From Eledone cirrhosa (lineage: Eukaryota): a DNA stretch of 64,000 bases. Every line of letters starts with the position of its first letter. Within the stretch, counting starts at the first letter, position 1. The stretch is from positions 29,202,001 through 29,266,000 of the forward strand of contig OZ024750.1 in the NCBI GenBank assembly GCA_964016885.1. Reading direction: 5' to 3'. Shown here piece after piece: positions 39,560-53,264 of this stretch. Under the pieces are notes generated by a model. That model saw only the letters and a list, made by a program, of their open reading frames with translations. It ran no database searches and was not told the origin of the DNA. Position numbers and translations under genes: made by a program.

Positions 39560-41690
39560 ATAGCACATAGCACAACATAGGATAGGACAGACCACAGGAC
39601 AAGATAGGATAGGATAGGACAGAACAACACAGCATAGGATAGGACAGAACACAGGACAACACAGCACAAGATAGGATAGGACAGAACACAGGACAACACA
39701 GCATAGGATAGAACACAGGACAACACAGCATAGGATAGGACAGAACACAACACAAGATAGGATAGGACAGAACAACACAGCATAGGATAGGATAGGACAG
39801 AACACAGGATAACACAGCATAGGATAGGATAGGACAGAACAACATAGGATAGGATAGGACAGAACAACACAGCATAGGATAGGACAGAACACAGGACAAC
39901 ACAACACAATATAGGATAGGACAGAACACAGGACAACACAGCATAGGATAGGATAGGACAGAACAACACAGCACAAGATAGGATAGGACAGAACACAGGA
40001 CAACACAGCACAAGATAGGATAGGATAGAACACAGGACAACACAGCATAGGATAGGATAGGACAGAACACAGGACAAGATAGGAGAGGACAGAACACAGG
40101 ACAACACAGCATAGGATAGGATAGGACAGAACACAGGACAAGATAGGATAGGATAGGACAGAACAACACAGCACAAGATAGGATAGAACAAGATAGGATA
40201 GGATAGGACAGAACACAGGACAACACAGTACAAGATAGGATAGGACAGAACACAGGACAACACAGTACAAGATAGGATAGGACAGAACACAGGACAACAC
40301 AGCATAGGATAGGACAGGACAGAACAGAGGACAACACAGCACAAGATAGGATAGGATAGGACAGAACAACACAGCACAAGATAGGATAGGACAGAACAAC
40401 ACAGCATAGGATAGGACAGAACACAGAACAAGATAGGATAGGATAGGACAGAACACAGAACACAGCATAGGATAGGACAGAACACAGAACAAGATAGGAT
40501 AGGATAGGACAGAACACAGGACAACACAGCACAAGATAGGATAGGATAGGACAGAACAACACAGCACAAGATAGGATAGGATAGAACAAGATAGGATAGG
40601 ATAGGACAGAACACAGGACAACACAGTACAAGATAGGATAGGACAGAACACAGGACAACACAGTACAAGATAGGATAGGACAGAACACAGGACAACACAG
40701 CATAGGATAGGACAGAACAAGATAGGATAGGATAGGACAGAACACAGGACAACACAGCACAAGATAGGATAGGATAGGACAGAACACAGCACAAGATAGG
40801 ATAGGACAGAACACAGGACAACACAGCATAGGATAGGACAGAACAAGATAGGATAGGACAGAACACAGGAGAACACAGCACAAGATAGGATAGGATAGGA
40901 CAGAACAACACAGCACAAGATAGGATAGGACAGAACACAGGACAACACAGTTAAGGATAGGACATAACACAGGACAACACAGCACAAGATAGGATAGGAT
41001 AGGACAGAACAACACAGCACAAGATAGGATAGGACAGAACACAGGACAACACAGCATAGGATAGGACAGAACAAGATAGGATAGGATAGGACAGAACACA
41101 GGACAACACAGCATAGGATAGGACAGAACACAGAACAAGATAGGATAGGACAGAACACAGGACAACACAGCACAAGATAGGATAGGACAGAACACAGAAC
41201 AAGATAGGATAGGATAGGACAGAACACAGGACAACACAGCATAGGATAGGACAGAACACAGAACAAGATAGGATAGGATAGGACAGAACACAGGACAACA
41301 CAGCACAAGATAGGATAGGACAGAACACAGGACAACACAGCATAGGATAGGATAGGACAGAACAACACAGCACAAGATAGGATAGGACAGAACACAGGAC
41401 AACACAACATAGGATAGGATAGGGCAGAACACAGGACAACACAGCACAAGATAGGATAGGACAGAACACAGAACAAGATAGGATAGGATAGGACAGAACA
41501 ACACAGCACAACATAGGATAGGACAGAACACAGGACAAGATAGGATAGGACAGGACAGAACAACACAGCACAACATAGGATAGGGCAGAACACAGAACAA
41601 GATAGGATAGGATAGGACAGAACACAGGACAACACAGGACAAGATAGGATAGGATAGGACAGAACACAGAACAAGATAGAACAGTGTAGT
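39560..41690. repeat. Compound pentamer satellite (GATAG/GACAG/AACAC/AGCAC mosaic)
   Basis: Shuffled 5-bp modules; source of the 300-756 aa VLSYP pseudo-ORFs. Confidence 0.93.
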
Positions 41691-43045
41691 GCAGCACAAC
41701 ACAGGACAGTGTAACAAAGCAAAATACAACACACCACACCTCAGCTCCACACAACACACCACAGCTCAGCAGAACAACACAACACAGCTCCACAGAACAC
41801 ACCACACCACACCAGAACACAACACTACAGCTCCAGAGAACACACCACACCTCAACAGGACACAGCACAACACAGCTCCACAGAACAATACACCACACCA
41901 CAACTCAGAACACAACACACCACACATCACCACGCCACACAGAACAACACACCACACATCACCACACCACCGCACCACAGAACAACACATCACCACACAG
42001 CTTCACAGAGAAGAACAACACATCACACCTCAGCAGAACACACAACACATCACAACATCACAGAACAATACACTACACCAAAGCTCAGCAGAACAATACA
42101 ACACAGCTCCACAGAATACACCACTACACCACACCACACAACAGCTCCACAGAACACACCACTACACAACACCACACAATACAATACCACATACCACCAT
42201 ACCAAACACAACACAACACCTCCACAGAACACACCACCACACCACACTACACAACAGCTCCACAGAACACACCACTACACAACACAGCTTCACAGAACAT
42301 ACCACACAACACAGCTTCACAGAACACACCACTACACAACACCACACAACACAGCTTCACAGAACATAGCACCACACAACACAGCTTCACAGAACACACC
42401 ACTACACCACACCTCCACAGAACACACCACCACACCACACCACACCACACCACACTACACAACACCACACAATACCACATACCACCATACCAAACACAAC
42501 ACAACACCTCCACAGAACACACCACCACACCACACCACACCACACTACACTACACTACACAACACAATACCACATACCACCATACCAAACACAACACAAC
42601 ACCTCCACAGAACACACCACCACACCACACTACACAACAGCTCCACAGAACACACCACTACACAACACAGCTTCACAGAACATACCACACAACACAGCTT
42701 CACAGAACACACCACTACACAACTCCACAGAACACACCACACAACACCCCACAGTTTCACAGAACATACCACCATACCAAACAACACAACAGCTCCACAG
42801 AACACACCACTACACAACACAGCTTCACAGAACATACCACACAACACAGCTTCACAGAACACACCACTACACAACTCCACAGAACACACCACCACACCAC
42901 ACTACACAACACCCCACAGTTTCACAGAACATACCACCATACCAAACAACACAACAGCTCCACAGAACACACCACACTACACAACAGCTCCGCAGTACAC
43001 ACCACCACACAACATCACACTACACCACACCACACCACAGAACAG
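41690..43045. repeat. CACCA/CACAA pentamer-derived satellite with ctccacagaaca motif
   Basis: Degenerate pentamer repeats with larger internal duplications. Confidence 0.9.
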
Positions 43046-43409
43046 AATAGATTTGTGCAAACACTGCCACATAGCTAGCACACTTGTCAGGTTGAGTGAT
43101 AGACTGATAGGGAGACGCGGGGGGGGGGGGGGGTATTTAAGGGGCGAAGCAAGGAAATAGGGGGGGGGGGTTAGAAAAATAGGGAGTAAAGACTGAAGGG
43201 GTCTGGTGTTAACTGTTTAAGTAGCTTTTAGAAACGGTTGTCACTTCTTTATACCACTAATACAGTCAGACAGGCAGACATGCAGACAGGTTTACAGACA
43301 GACAGACAGGTTGTGTGGTAAATATAAAGTGTTCTACAGCTTGTTGGTTGTTATGTGGGGTTGTAGTGATGTAAGGACAGGACACACACACAGAGACAGA
43401 CAGACAGAC

Positions 43410-43982
<573 letters not shown>

Positions 43983-44107
43983 AGACAAGCAATGTCTGTA
44001 GTTATGTAGAAAAGAAGCGCATCAAAACAATGTTTACATTTGAAGAAGTACCACGCATGTTACTTGGATAAACTAAGAATTCAGAACCCCTTGTTCTAAA
44101 TATAGAT

Positions 44108-44445
44108 TGGAGGTGGTGGTGGTGGTGGTGGTGGTGGTGGTGGTGATGGATGTGGTGGTGGTGGTGGTGACGGATGTGGTGGTGGTGGTGACCGATGTGG
44201 TGGTGGTGGTGACCGATGTGGTGGTGGTGGTGACCGATGTGGTGGTGGTGGTGGTGACCGATGTGGTGGTGGTGGTGGTGACCGATGTGGTGGTGGTGGT
44301 TGAGGCTGCGATGGTGGTGGTGGTGGTGATGGTGATGGTGATGGTGGTTGAGGCTGTGGTGGTGGTTGAGGCTGTGGTGGTGGTGGTGGTGGTTGAGGCT
44401 GTGGTGGTGGTGGTGATGGTAATGATGGAGGTGGTGATGGTGAAA
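44108..44445. repeat. (GGT)n-derived low-complexity repeat
   Basis: GGT runs punctuated by accgatgt and gaggctgt. Confidence 0.9.
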
Positions 44446-44844
44446 CCAAACTAGAAAAAATGTTGCAAATGTTGGCAGTTAAAAATATAGTGACAACATT
44501 ATTGTCACTATTTGGCTCCGTACCATCAAAAATGACTGTTAATTGTAATATCTATACATAATATAAAAAAGCGACGTTTGTTTGTTGGTTGGTTGGTTCC
44601 TTTGTGCTCATTCACACAAGTGATACAAACACAAATACACCTGTAGTGGATACATGCACCAAGCCTTAGTGACGTCACTTCCTCCTAAGGTTGAAGAGGT
44701 GCCAAAACCTTGTCAGTCGCTGCAAAATTTTCAGACACGGTCTTCGCGACTCCTTCGACCAGCAACAGCAACTCAGGTCATCGCTTCCAACTACTATCGC
44801 CAACAACAGACAGGCACTTAATATATATATTTTACATTTCTACA

Positions 44845-45185
44845 GACATGTGGAGGCACATGGCTTAGTGGTTAGAGCATTGGCCTTGCAATCGAAAGGT
44901 TGTGAGTTCAATTCTCAGACTGGGTGATGTGTTGTTTCCTTGAGCAAGACAATATTTCACATTGCTCCAGTTTATTCAACTATAGAAATGAGATGATAGG
45001 GACTGGAGTCCCTATCATTCCACTGCAAAGTGGTCGTGGAGGTGCCATAGCAAAAAAGCACCCAGCACTCACTGTAAATGAGGTTGGTGTTAGGAAGAGC
45101 ATCCAGCTGTAGAAATCAAGCCAGAATCAGTTCCCGTCCCACCCTTGCAAGCAGGGAAAAGCAGACGTAAAATGAAATGATGATG
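44845..45185 (+). mobile_element. tRNA-derived SINE (second family) head followed by an RTE-tailed SINE-like body
   Basis: A box tggcttagtggttag, B box gagttcaattc, ccttgagcaagac core, then aaaagcacccag...ggaagagcatccagctgtag and a (tga)n tail. Confidence 0.7.
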
Positions 45186-45321
45186 TTATCACTCCCCTTC
45201 GTTCCTCAGTCGACATAATCATCCCTTCCTTCCTCAGTCAACTGTAGTGTGTGATGGACAAATACACAAGGATATTATATATTAGTAGTTTATTAATATA
45301 TATATATATATATATGTATTT

Positions 45322-45512
45322 GCGGGGGATTGGCAGAATCAGTAGAGAGTCGGATGGCATGCTTTGCAGCATAGAGTTACGCCCCTTTATGGTGCGAGTT
45401 CAAATCCTGCCGAGGTTCACTTTGCCTTTCATCCTTACAGGGTCGATAAAATAAAGAACCAGTAATGTACTGGGGTAATTGCTGGCCTTGTGCCAATAGT
45501 AGAAACAATTAT
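45322..45512 (+). mobile_element. tRNA-derived SINE, near full length
   Basis: ggattggcagaatcagtagag...gagttcaaatcctgccgagg...gctggccttgtgccaatagtagaaacaatt. Confidence 0.85.
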
Positions 45513-45756
45513 ATATTAGTAGATTATTACTTGCCTCATCCTATCTAGCAGATACAGAGGAACAGTTATAGGTCAGCAATGCAGCTGGGCAATAATTATT
45601 TTTTCAACTGATTAGAACATTCCACAGATGTAGTTGATAACAGTGGAGATTGGTCCTCCTAAACCATACAAGCCTCAGTAAGAACTGGGTGTAATAAGTT
45701 TAGGGAGGTATTTACCTCAGCTGTGGACAAAGGGATTGAATCTATGAGTGAAGTTA

Positions 45757-45985
45757 GTTAACTCTTTAACATTTACATTACTCTATATATACTATTATAT
45801 TTTTGCAGTAAAGGATTTATTTTACATAATTATCTTACATATACTGAATCTATAAGATTTTGATATTATTCATTTTGAGAACAATACCATAACATCAGTA
45901 TGAGTGGCTGGTTACAGCCAGTTTGGACAGAAAGAGGTGAGAGAATTCTGGCCGGATACGGCTGGTTTAAATTCTAAAGGGTTAA
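45757..45985 (-). mobile_element. piggyBac-like MITE family A
   Basis: ttaactctttaacattt ... ctaaagggttaa. Confidence 0.7.
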
Positions 45986-45989
45986 GTCT

Positions 45990-46230
45990 GTTCTAAGCTG
46001 AAGGCTTATCAGGCTGGTGTTTATCCCCGGTTTCTTTAGCGTTAACTACAAAACTCCCTCTGAACAAGACGCACATCTATCGCAGGATTACCTCCCCTGT
46101 TACTTCTGGTACTCATTTTCAGCTGAGTATACTAGAGCAAAATAAGAACACGCACACAACCCAGTCCAGGAATTGAACCAAAGTTATTACAATCATACAT
46201 CAAGCACCCTAACTATTAGGCCATGTGTCT
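45990..46230 (-). mobile_element. Second tRNA-derived SINE family, reverse copy
   Basis: ggaattgaacc (reverse B box) and ctaactattaggccatgtgtct (reverse A box). Confidence 0.65.
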
Positions 46231-46410
46231 GAGTGAAGGGCAGATTGTAAAATACTTACAAAGGGTGATGTAGCATGGTAGCAAAACATGATTTTGAATG
46301 TGGAGAACATGCAATGGCTAGAAAAAAAAGTAAGCATGATCCACTGAATGTCTACATGAATATCTGAGGTGGGATTTAAACTCAGAATGTACATAGCCAC
46401 AAATATTCTA

Positions 46411-47680
46411 AGGTGTCGTGCTTGATGGAGTCACAACAAATATAAGGCGTCCCATTTGATGAAGTCAAATATAAGGTGTCCCATTTGATGGAGTCACAAC
46501 AAATATAAAGCGTCCCATTTGATGAAGTCACAAATATAAGGTGTCCCATTTGATGAAGTCACAAATATAAGGCGTCCCATTTGATGGAGTCACAAATATA
46601 AGGCGTCCCATTTGATGGAGTCACAACAAATATAAAGCGTCCCATTTGATGAAGTTACAAATATAAGGTGTCCCATTTGATGGAGTCACAAATATAAGGT
46701 GTCCCATTTGATGAAGTCACAACAAATATAAGTTGCCCCATTTGATAGAGTCACAACAAACATTGTAAGGTGTCCCGTTTGATGGAGTCACAACATATAT
46801 AAGGCATCCCATTTGATGGAGTCACAACATATATAAGGCATCCCATTTGATGGAGTCACAACATATATAAGGCATCCCATTTGATGGAGTCACAACATAT
46901 ATATAAGGCGTCCCATTTGATGGAGTCACAACATATATAAGGCATCCCATTTGATGGAGTCACAACATATATATAAGGCATCCCATTTGATGGAGTCACA
47001 ACGTATATAAGGCGTCCCATTTGATGGAGTCACAACGTATATAAGGCGTCCCATTTGATGGAGTCACAACATATATATAAGGCATCCCATTTGATGGAGT
47101 CACAACGTATATAAGGCATCCCATTTGATGGAGTCACAACGTATACAAGGCGTCCCATTTGATGGACTCACAACGTATACAAGGCGTCCCATTTGATGGA
47201 GTCACAACAAATATAAGTTGCCCCATTTGATAGAGTCACAACAAACATTGTAAGGTGTCCCGTTTGATGGAGTCACAACATATACAAGGCGTCCCATTTG
47301 ATGGAGTCACAACATATATAAGGCGTCCCATTTGATGGAGTCACAACGTATATAAGGCGTCCCATTTGATGGAGTCACAACGTATATAAGGCGTCCCATT
47401 TGATGGACTCACAACGTATACAAGGCGTCCCATTTGATGGACTCACAACGTATACAAGGCGTCCCATTTGATGGAGTCACAACGTATACAAGGCGTCCCA
47501 TTTGATGGAGTCACAACGTATATAAGGCGTCCCATTTGATGGAGTCACAACGTATACAAGGCGTCCCATTTGATGGAGTCACAACGTATATAAGGCGTCC
47601 CATTTGATGGAGTCACAACGTATATAAGGCGTCCCATTTGATGGAGTCACAACAAACATCGTAAGGTGTCCAATTTGATG
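46411..47680. repeat. ~34-bp minisatellite (ataaggcgtcccatttgatggagtcacaacgtat), about 37 copies, inside a reverse SINE
   Basis: Direct periodicity. Left flank gggatttaaactcagaatgt (reverse B box); right flank aataatttcactaattcaccac (reverse A-box region). Confidence 0.93.
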
Positions 47681-47819
47681 TTTTAATAATTTCACTAATT
47701 CACCACTCTGGACTGGTTCTTTATTTGTCAACTCTTTAACAAATAAAAGGTAAAGTTGACCTCAGCAGGGTCTGAACTCAGAATGTAGAGAGCTGGAACA
47801 AATACAAATGGGATATTTC

Positions 47820-48114
47820 CAGAGACATAACTAGGGCAAATAGCTCCTATGGCAAGCAGTGAAATTGTGTCCCCACCCAGCATTGTATTTTTGCCTAATG
47901 ATTTATATAAATAGTTTAATGATCCAGCCACCATAATGTTCTCACCCATGATAGAGACAGATCATACATCTGAATGAGTTTTTTTTTTCACTCTCCGACA
48001 AGGCTTATTTGACTTTAATAGAACCTGCTCCTAGTCTAACTGGCGCCCCCCCCCCCTTTATGTGACGCCCATGGCACGTGGTGTCATGCTTGTCATACCT
48101 TAGTTATGCCTCTG
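47820..48114. mobile_element. 295-bp hAT-type MITE with perfect 8-bp TSD
   Basis: TIR cagagacataactaggg / ccttagttatgcctctg; gatatttc on both sides (47812-47819 and 48115-48122). Confidence 0.85.
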
Positions 48115-48414
48115 GATATTTCAACTTGGTTAAATTGCAACCATAGCATGGTTAGGACTGTATTATCTAACAATGTCCAGAAATTGCATGTGCCCAGGAA
48201 AGATCACCCTGGAACAAAAATTAGACACATTCGGAGACATTGTTTACTCAATCTGTAAAGATGCCCACAGAGTAAAGAGCCTCTTCTTCCTTGCCCACTT
48301 ATCCCTGAGAGGGTTGTGGTGGCAGAGTCCTCAAACACTCTCCATCAGGTATGTATGTATGTGTGAGTATGTATGTGTGAGTATGTATATGTATGTATGT
48401 ATGTATATATTTGG

Positions 48415-48830
48415 GAGAGATGACCCCTTAGCCTTTGTCAAGGCAGAATTCTAGGAGAAGGAAAACTCTGATATAACACCTGCAACCCTGATGGTATCCA
48501 ATGATGTTGACTTGTTCTTTTTGGTAAATATCATATTGGTTAAGAGAGTGGGACTGGCTTTGTGCAGTGCCTTTGCTCACTATAAAAGCTTCACGGCACA
48601 GGCATTGCTTTATATCTGGAGATCTCTCTGCACTTGTCGTCACAGGGTACCATGGGCCCAGCACTATGTGTCAATAATTGTCACAAGTGTAGTGTTTGTA
48701 CCAGAGTTTTCAAGTCGCTGGCTGGACTAAAAATTCACACTCGTTCAGCGCATCGGTAGGGGTTCTCCTACATGGATATAAAGTAGTGGCCGTACTCGAA
48801 AACGAGTTGGCAGCCGCCATGTATGTATGT
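48415..48830 (+). mobile_element. Short RTE-derived element: 5'-UTR-like motif joined to a C2H2-finger-bearing 3' end
   Basis: taggagaaggaaaactctga; HKCSVCTRVFKSLAGLKIHTRSAHR* at 48676-48759; tggccgtactcgaaaacgag...gccgcc followed by an (atgt)n tail. Confidence 0.55.
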
Positions 48831-49059
48831 ATGTATGTGTGTATGTGTGTATGTGTGTATGTAAGTGTGTGTGTAGGGGTATGTATGTGTATGTGTGTGT
48901 TAGTGTATGTATATATGTATGTATTATATATATGTAGGTATATATATGTATATATGTTCCTATATTATAAAGAAATTTCAATATGGACAGCAACAAAATC
49001 TGAATTTATTTCAACTTTACACCCTATCCCCACCACCATTAACTTTCATACATCCCCAC

Positions 49060-49400
49060 AACTTCCACCTCTTTACTTCATGCCTCCTCCTCCCCACCAC
49101 CACCACCACTTTACTTCATGCCTCTCCCCACCACCACCTCTTTACTGCATGCCTCCTCCCCACCACCACCTCTTTACTTCATGCCTCTCCCCACCACCAC
49201 CTCTTTACTTCATGCCTCTCCCCACCACCACCTCTTTACTGCATGCCTCCTCCCCACCACCACCTCTTTACTTCATGCCTCCTCCCCACCACCACCTCTT
49301 TACTTCTTGCCTCCTCCCCACCACCACCTCTTTACTTCATGCCTCCTCCCCACCACCACAACCACCTCTTTACTCTTCATGCCACCCATCACCATCTCTT
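49060..49400. repeat. ~32-bp minisatellite (cctctttacttcatgcctcctccccaccacca)
   Basis: About 10 tandem units. Confidence 0.88.
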
Positions 49401-49774
49401 CACCCTTTATACTCCCCCCACCACTACCTCCACTAACACCACCACTTATTTACCCTTTACGCCCCACCACTACCACTGTGCTTAAATGCACAACTACCTT
49501 TTTACCCCCCCCAACTACTTACCCCACCATTTCTTACCTCCCCTGTTCAAGCCCCCCCCCCCCCCCACCATGCCCAAACACAGACCCTCTCCCCACCACA
49601 TAATCCCAACCATTTCCATATGCAAATGAGCTTCCACCATAATAGCAAGATAATGTGATACTTGTTAGGTTGTTGTTAGGGGTTTGGATTCTCTCCCTTC
49701 TAAATCCTTTAAGCCACACACACACTTTTAAGGGCCTGCCGCTGCTATACAGTAAAAGCTGGCTAATTGACAGG

Positions 49775-50460
49775 ACTGGTAGAGTTGTTTAGCCCCTGGT
49801 CAATAGTTAACCAGTAGACCTGTCACTGATAGGACTGGAGGTAGTGTTGTTTAGCCCATGGTCAACATTTATCCCGTAGACCTGTCATTGGAGGTAGTGT
49901 TGTTTAGCCCATGGTCAACATTTATCCAGTAGACCTGTCATTGGAGGTAGTGTTGTTTAGCCCATGGTCAACATTTATCCAGTAGACCTGTCATTGGAGG
50001 TAGTGTTGTTTAGCCCATGGTCAACATTTATCCCGTAGACCTGTCATTGGAGGTAGTGTTGTTTAGCCCATGGTCAACATTTATCCAGTAGACCTATCAT
50101 TAGAGGTAGTGTTGTTTAGCCCATGGTCAACATTTATCCAGTAGACCTATCATTAGAGGTAGTAGTCCATGGTCAACAGTTAACTCATAGACCTATCACT
50201 AGAGGTACTGTTGTTTAGCCCATGGTCAACATTAACCAGAAGACCTATCACTGGTGGTGGTAGTGTTTAGCCCATGGTCAACAGTTAACCAGTAGACCTA
50301 TCACTGGTGGTGGTAGTGTTTAGCCCATGGTCAACAGTTAACCAGTAGACCTATCACTGGTGGTGGTAGTGTTTAGCCCATGGTCAACAGTTAACCAGTA
50401 GACCTATCACTGGAGGTGGTAGTGTTTAGCCCATGGTCAACAATTATCCTGTAGACATAT
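49775..50460. repeat. 53-bp minisatellite (ggaggtagtgttgtttagcccatggtcaacatttatccagtagacctgtcatt), about 12-13 copies
   Basis: 53-bp periodicity (49890, 49943 and onward); variant blocks change along the array. Confidence 0.93.
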
Positions 50461-50606
50461 CCAGACTACGCCATCTTTTGAGTTCAAATCCCACCAAGGT
50501 TATCTTTAACTTTCATCCTTATGGGGTCGATGAAATAAAATACCAGTAACGCACATCAAAATTGCTGGCCTTGTGCCTAAAACCGAAAGTACACACGCAC
50601 ACACAC

Positions 50607-50637
<31 letters not shown>

Positions 50638-50639
50638 GA

Positions 50640-50732
<93 letters not shown>

Positions 50733-50864
50733 TAGGCATTGTATATCCAGGACACATCTAATATGCCTTTTTGTTTTGTGATTGTTTTAAAGACAATTGA
50801 GTATGATTAGAGTGGGATTTGGTTGCTATTTCTAGTAGGTTGAATAACCACATAGACATTCTAT

Positions 50865-51600
50865 GATGGTGTCGGTGGCAGTGGTGTCAGTAGTGGCGGT
50901 TGTGGTGCTAGAGATGGTGGTGGTGGTGGTGGTGGTGGTGGTGGTGGTGGTGGTAGTGGTAGTGGTGGTGGTGGTGGTGGTAGTAGTAGTAATGGTGACG
51001 GTGGTGGTAGTGGTGGTGGCAGTGATAGTGGTTATGGTAATAGTGATAGTGGTAGTAGTGGCAGTAGTAATGGTGGTGTTGGTGGCAGTGATGGTGGTGG
51101 TAGTAGTAGTAATGGTGACGGTGGTGGTAGTGGTGGTGGCAGTGGTAGTGGTGATGGTAATAGTGATAGTGGTAGTAGTGGCAGTAGTAGTGGTGGTGGT
51201 AGCTGTGATGGTGGTGGTGGTAGTGGTGGCAGTAATAGTAATGGTGGTAGTAGTGGCCATGTTGCTAATGATAGAAGGAAAAAGATGAAGATGAATGAGG
51301 AGGAAGAGAGAGGAAAGAAGAGGGAAGAAGGGAGAGAGAAAGGGAATACCCATGTCTTTATGGTGGTGAGCCCTATTGTTCAGTAAGAGATGTACAATGT
51401 ATTATAGGGAAACTGCTAAACAGTGGGTAGTGGTGGTGGTGGTGATGGTTGTGATGATGTGGTGGTGGTGGTGGTGGTGGTGGTGGTGATGGCGGCAGTA
51501 GTGGTGGCGAAGGAGGTGATAGTAGTGGTAGTTGTGAAGGCAGAGGTGGTGGTGGAGGTGGCAGTGATGATGGTGGTGGAAAAGTGGGGGGGGGGGGTAT
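50865..51600. repeat. (GGT/AGT)n low-complexity tracts
   Basis: Trinucleotide runs giving poly-V/T/H/P pseudo-ORFs. Confidence 0.9.
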
Positions 51601-51687
51601 GTTGGATGTGAGCCAGCTGTCTTTACCACAGCAACACAACTACAACAACTACAACAACAACACTACTATATCCATCCAATACCCTCT

Positions 51688-51725
<38 letters not shown>

Positions 51726-52253
51726 CACACACACATACATACATATATATATATACATATATATACATATACACATATATATATATATATATAAGTACAT
51801 CATAACAACAACAGCAGTAAGAGCAGCATAACAACAGTTAGCAGTTGCCATGAGTCACCAATGGGTTCTGTATGGGGATAGAATGGGGTCTGTCTGGGCT
51901 GGGGTAGAGTGAGGTGGGGGGGGGGGGGTAGAGAAAGGGGCTTAAATATAATTTACCCTGGAATAAAGATTAATCAAGATGCTTTACTACATCCAGCAGT
52001 AACCCCCTACCACCACCACCACCACCATTCACTCTTCCCTTTTTTTACAACATATATAGGGGATTATTCTTATGTGTATATATATATATATATATATATA
52101 GGTAGATAGATAGATAGATAGATACAGAGTGTATAAATAGAGAGATAGAGAGAGGTACAAACAAATATATACACATTATGTTATGTCAAGGGTAAGAAAA
52201 ACATCATCTTGACAGGCGTGGAGAGAGAGAGCGAGAGAGAGACAGAGAGAGAA

Positions 52254-52316
<63 letters not shown>

Positions 52317-52626
52317 AAGAGAGAGAGACAGAGAGAGAAATACAAATATACACATTATCTCAAGGGCAGGGAAAACATCATGTTGATACCTCTTACAAAT
52401 AAACAAGTGTGTGTGTGAGTGAGTGTGAGTGTGAGTGTGAGTGTGTATTTACATGTAATGTGACAGGGTATCTATCTCTACATGTATATCTAGCTATCTG
52501 TAATAGCACTATCTATATTCAAGGAAGACCATTATTCCGATTTGTGGGGGTCTCCCCCCACCCTTTCTATCCCTCTCTATCTCACACACACTTGTAAACA
52601 GCAGAGAGAGAGAGAAAGAGAGAGAG

Positions 52627-52755
<129 letters not shown>

Positions 52756-52824
52756 ATGCATGATGGCTACCCCCTCGTTATCGAGTATGGCCATTGTACG
52801 TAAAAATAATAATAATAATGACAA

Positions 52825-53005
52825 TAATAATTGTTTCTACTTTTGGCACAAGGCCAGCAAATACCCAGTGCATTACTGGTACTTTATTTTATCGACCCCA
52901 TAAGGATGAAAGGCAAATCGGCGGGATTTGAACTCAGAACGTAAAGGGCCATAACTATGCTGTAAAGCATGGTGTCTGACGCTCTACCGATGTTGCCAAT
53001 TCACA
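52825..53005 (-). mobile_element. tRNA-derived SINE, young subfamily
   Basis: aattgtttctacttttggcacaaggccagc...ggcgggatttgaactcagaacgtaaaggg. Confidence 0.85.
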
Positions 53006-53264
53006 GCCAATGATCGAAAATGTCTTGTACAGAGTTGGCAACCAAAACATTCACTGGCAATAGCCGGTTGTGGTTGGAGTTCATGTACTTTTGCATGTCG
53101 TTTGAGCCCTCCTGCTGATTTACATTCTCTACCACATGCTTGGCAGCATGATGAGTAGCATCTCCAACAGCAGCCTGGTAGTCAACCACTGGTCTCACAC
53201 ATACATACATACATACATACATACATACATACATACATACATACATACATACATACACACACAC

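Noticed and set aside
39492-42895. Long Cys/Val/Leu-rich ORFs (up to 756 aa)
   Set aside because: They are open in several frames because the pentamer repeat lacks stops; no domain or splice support.
44845-44925. tRNA gene
   Set aside because: A and B boxes are present but there is no closed acceptor stem, and it continues into a SINE body.
46260-46317. 58-nt minus-strand segment with good acceptor (ttttttttctag) and donor (gtaagt)
   Set aside because: No frame gives a recognisable peptide. It could be a UTR or cryptic exon but cannot be supported without RNA data.
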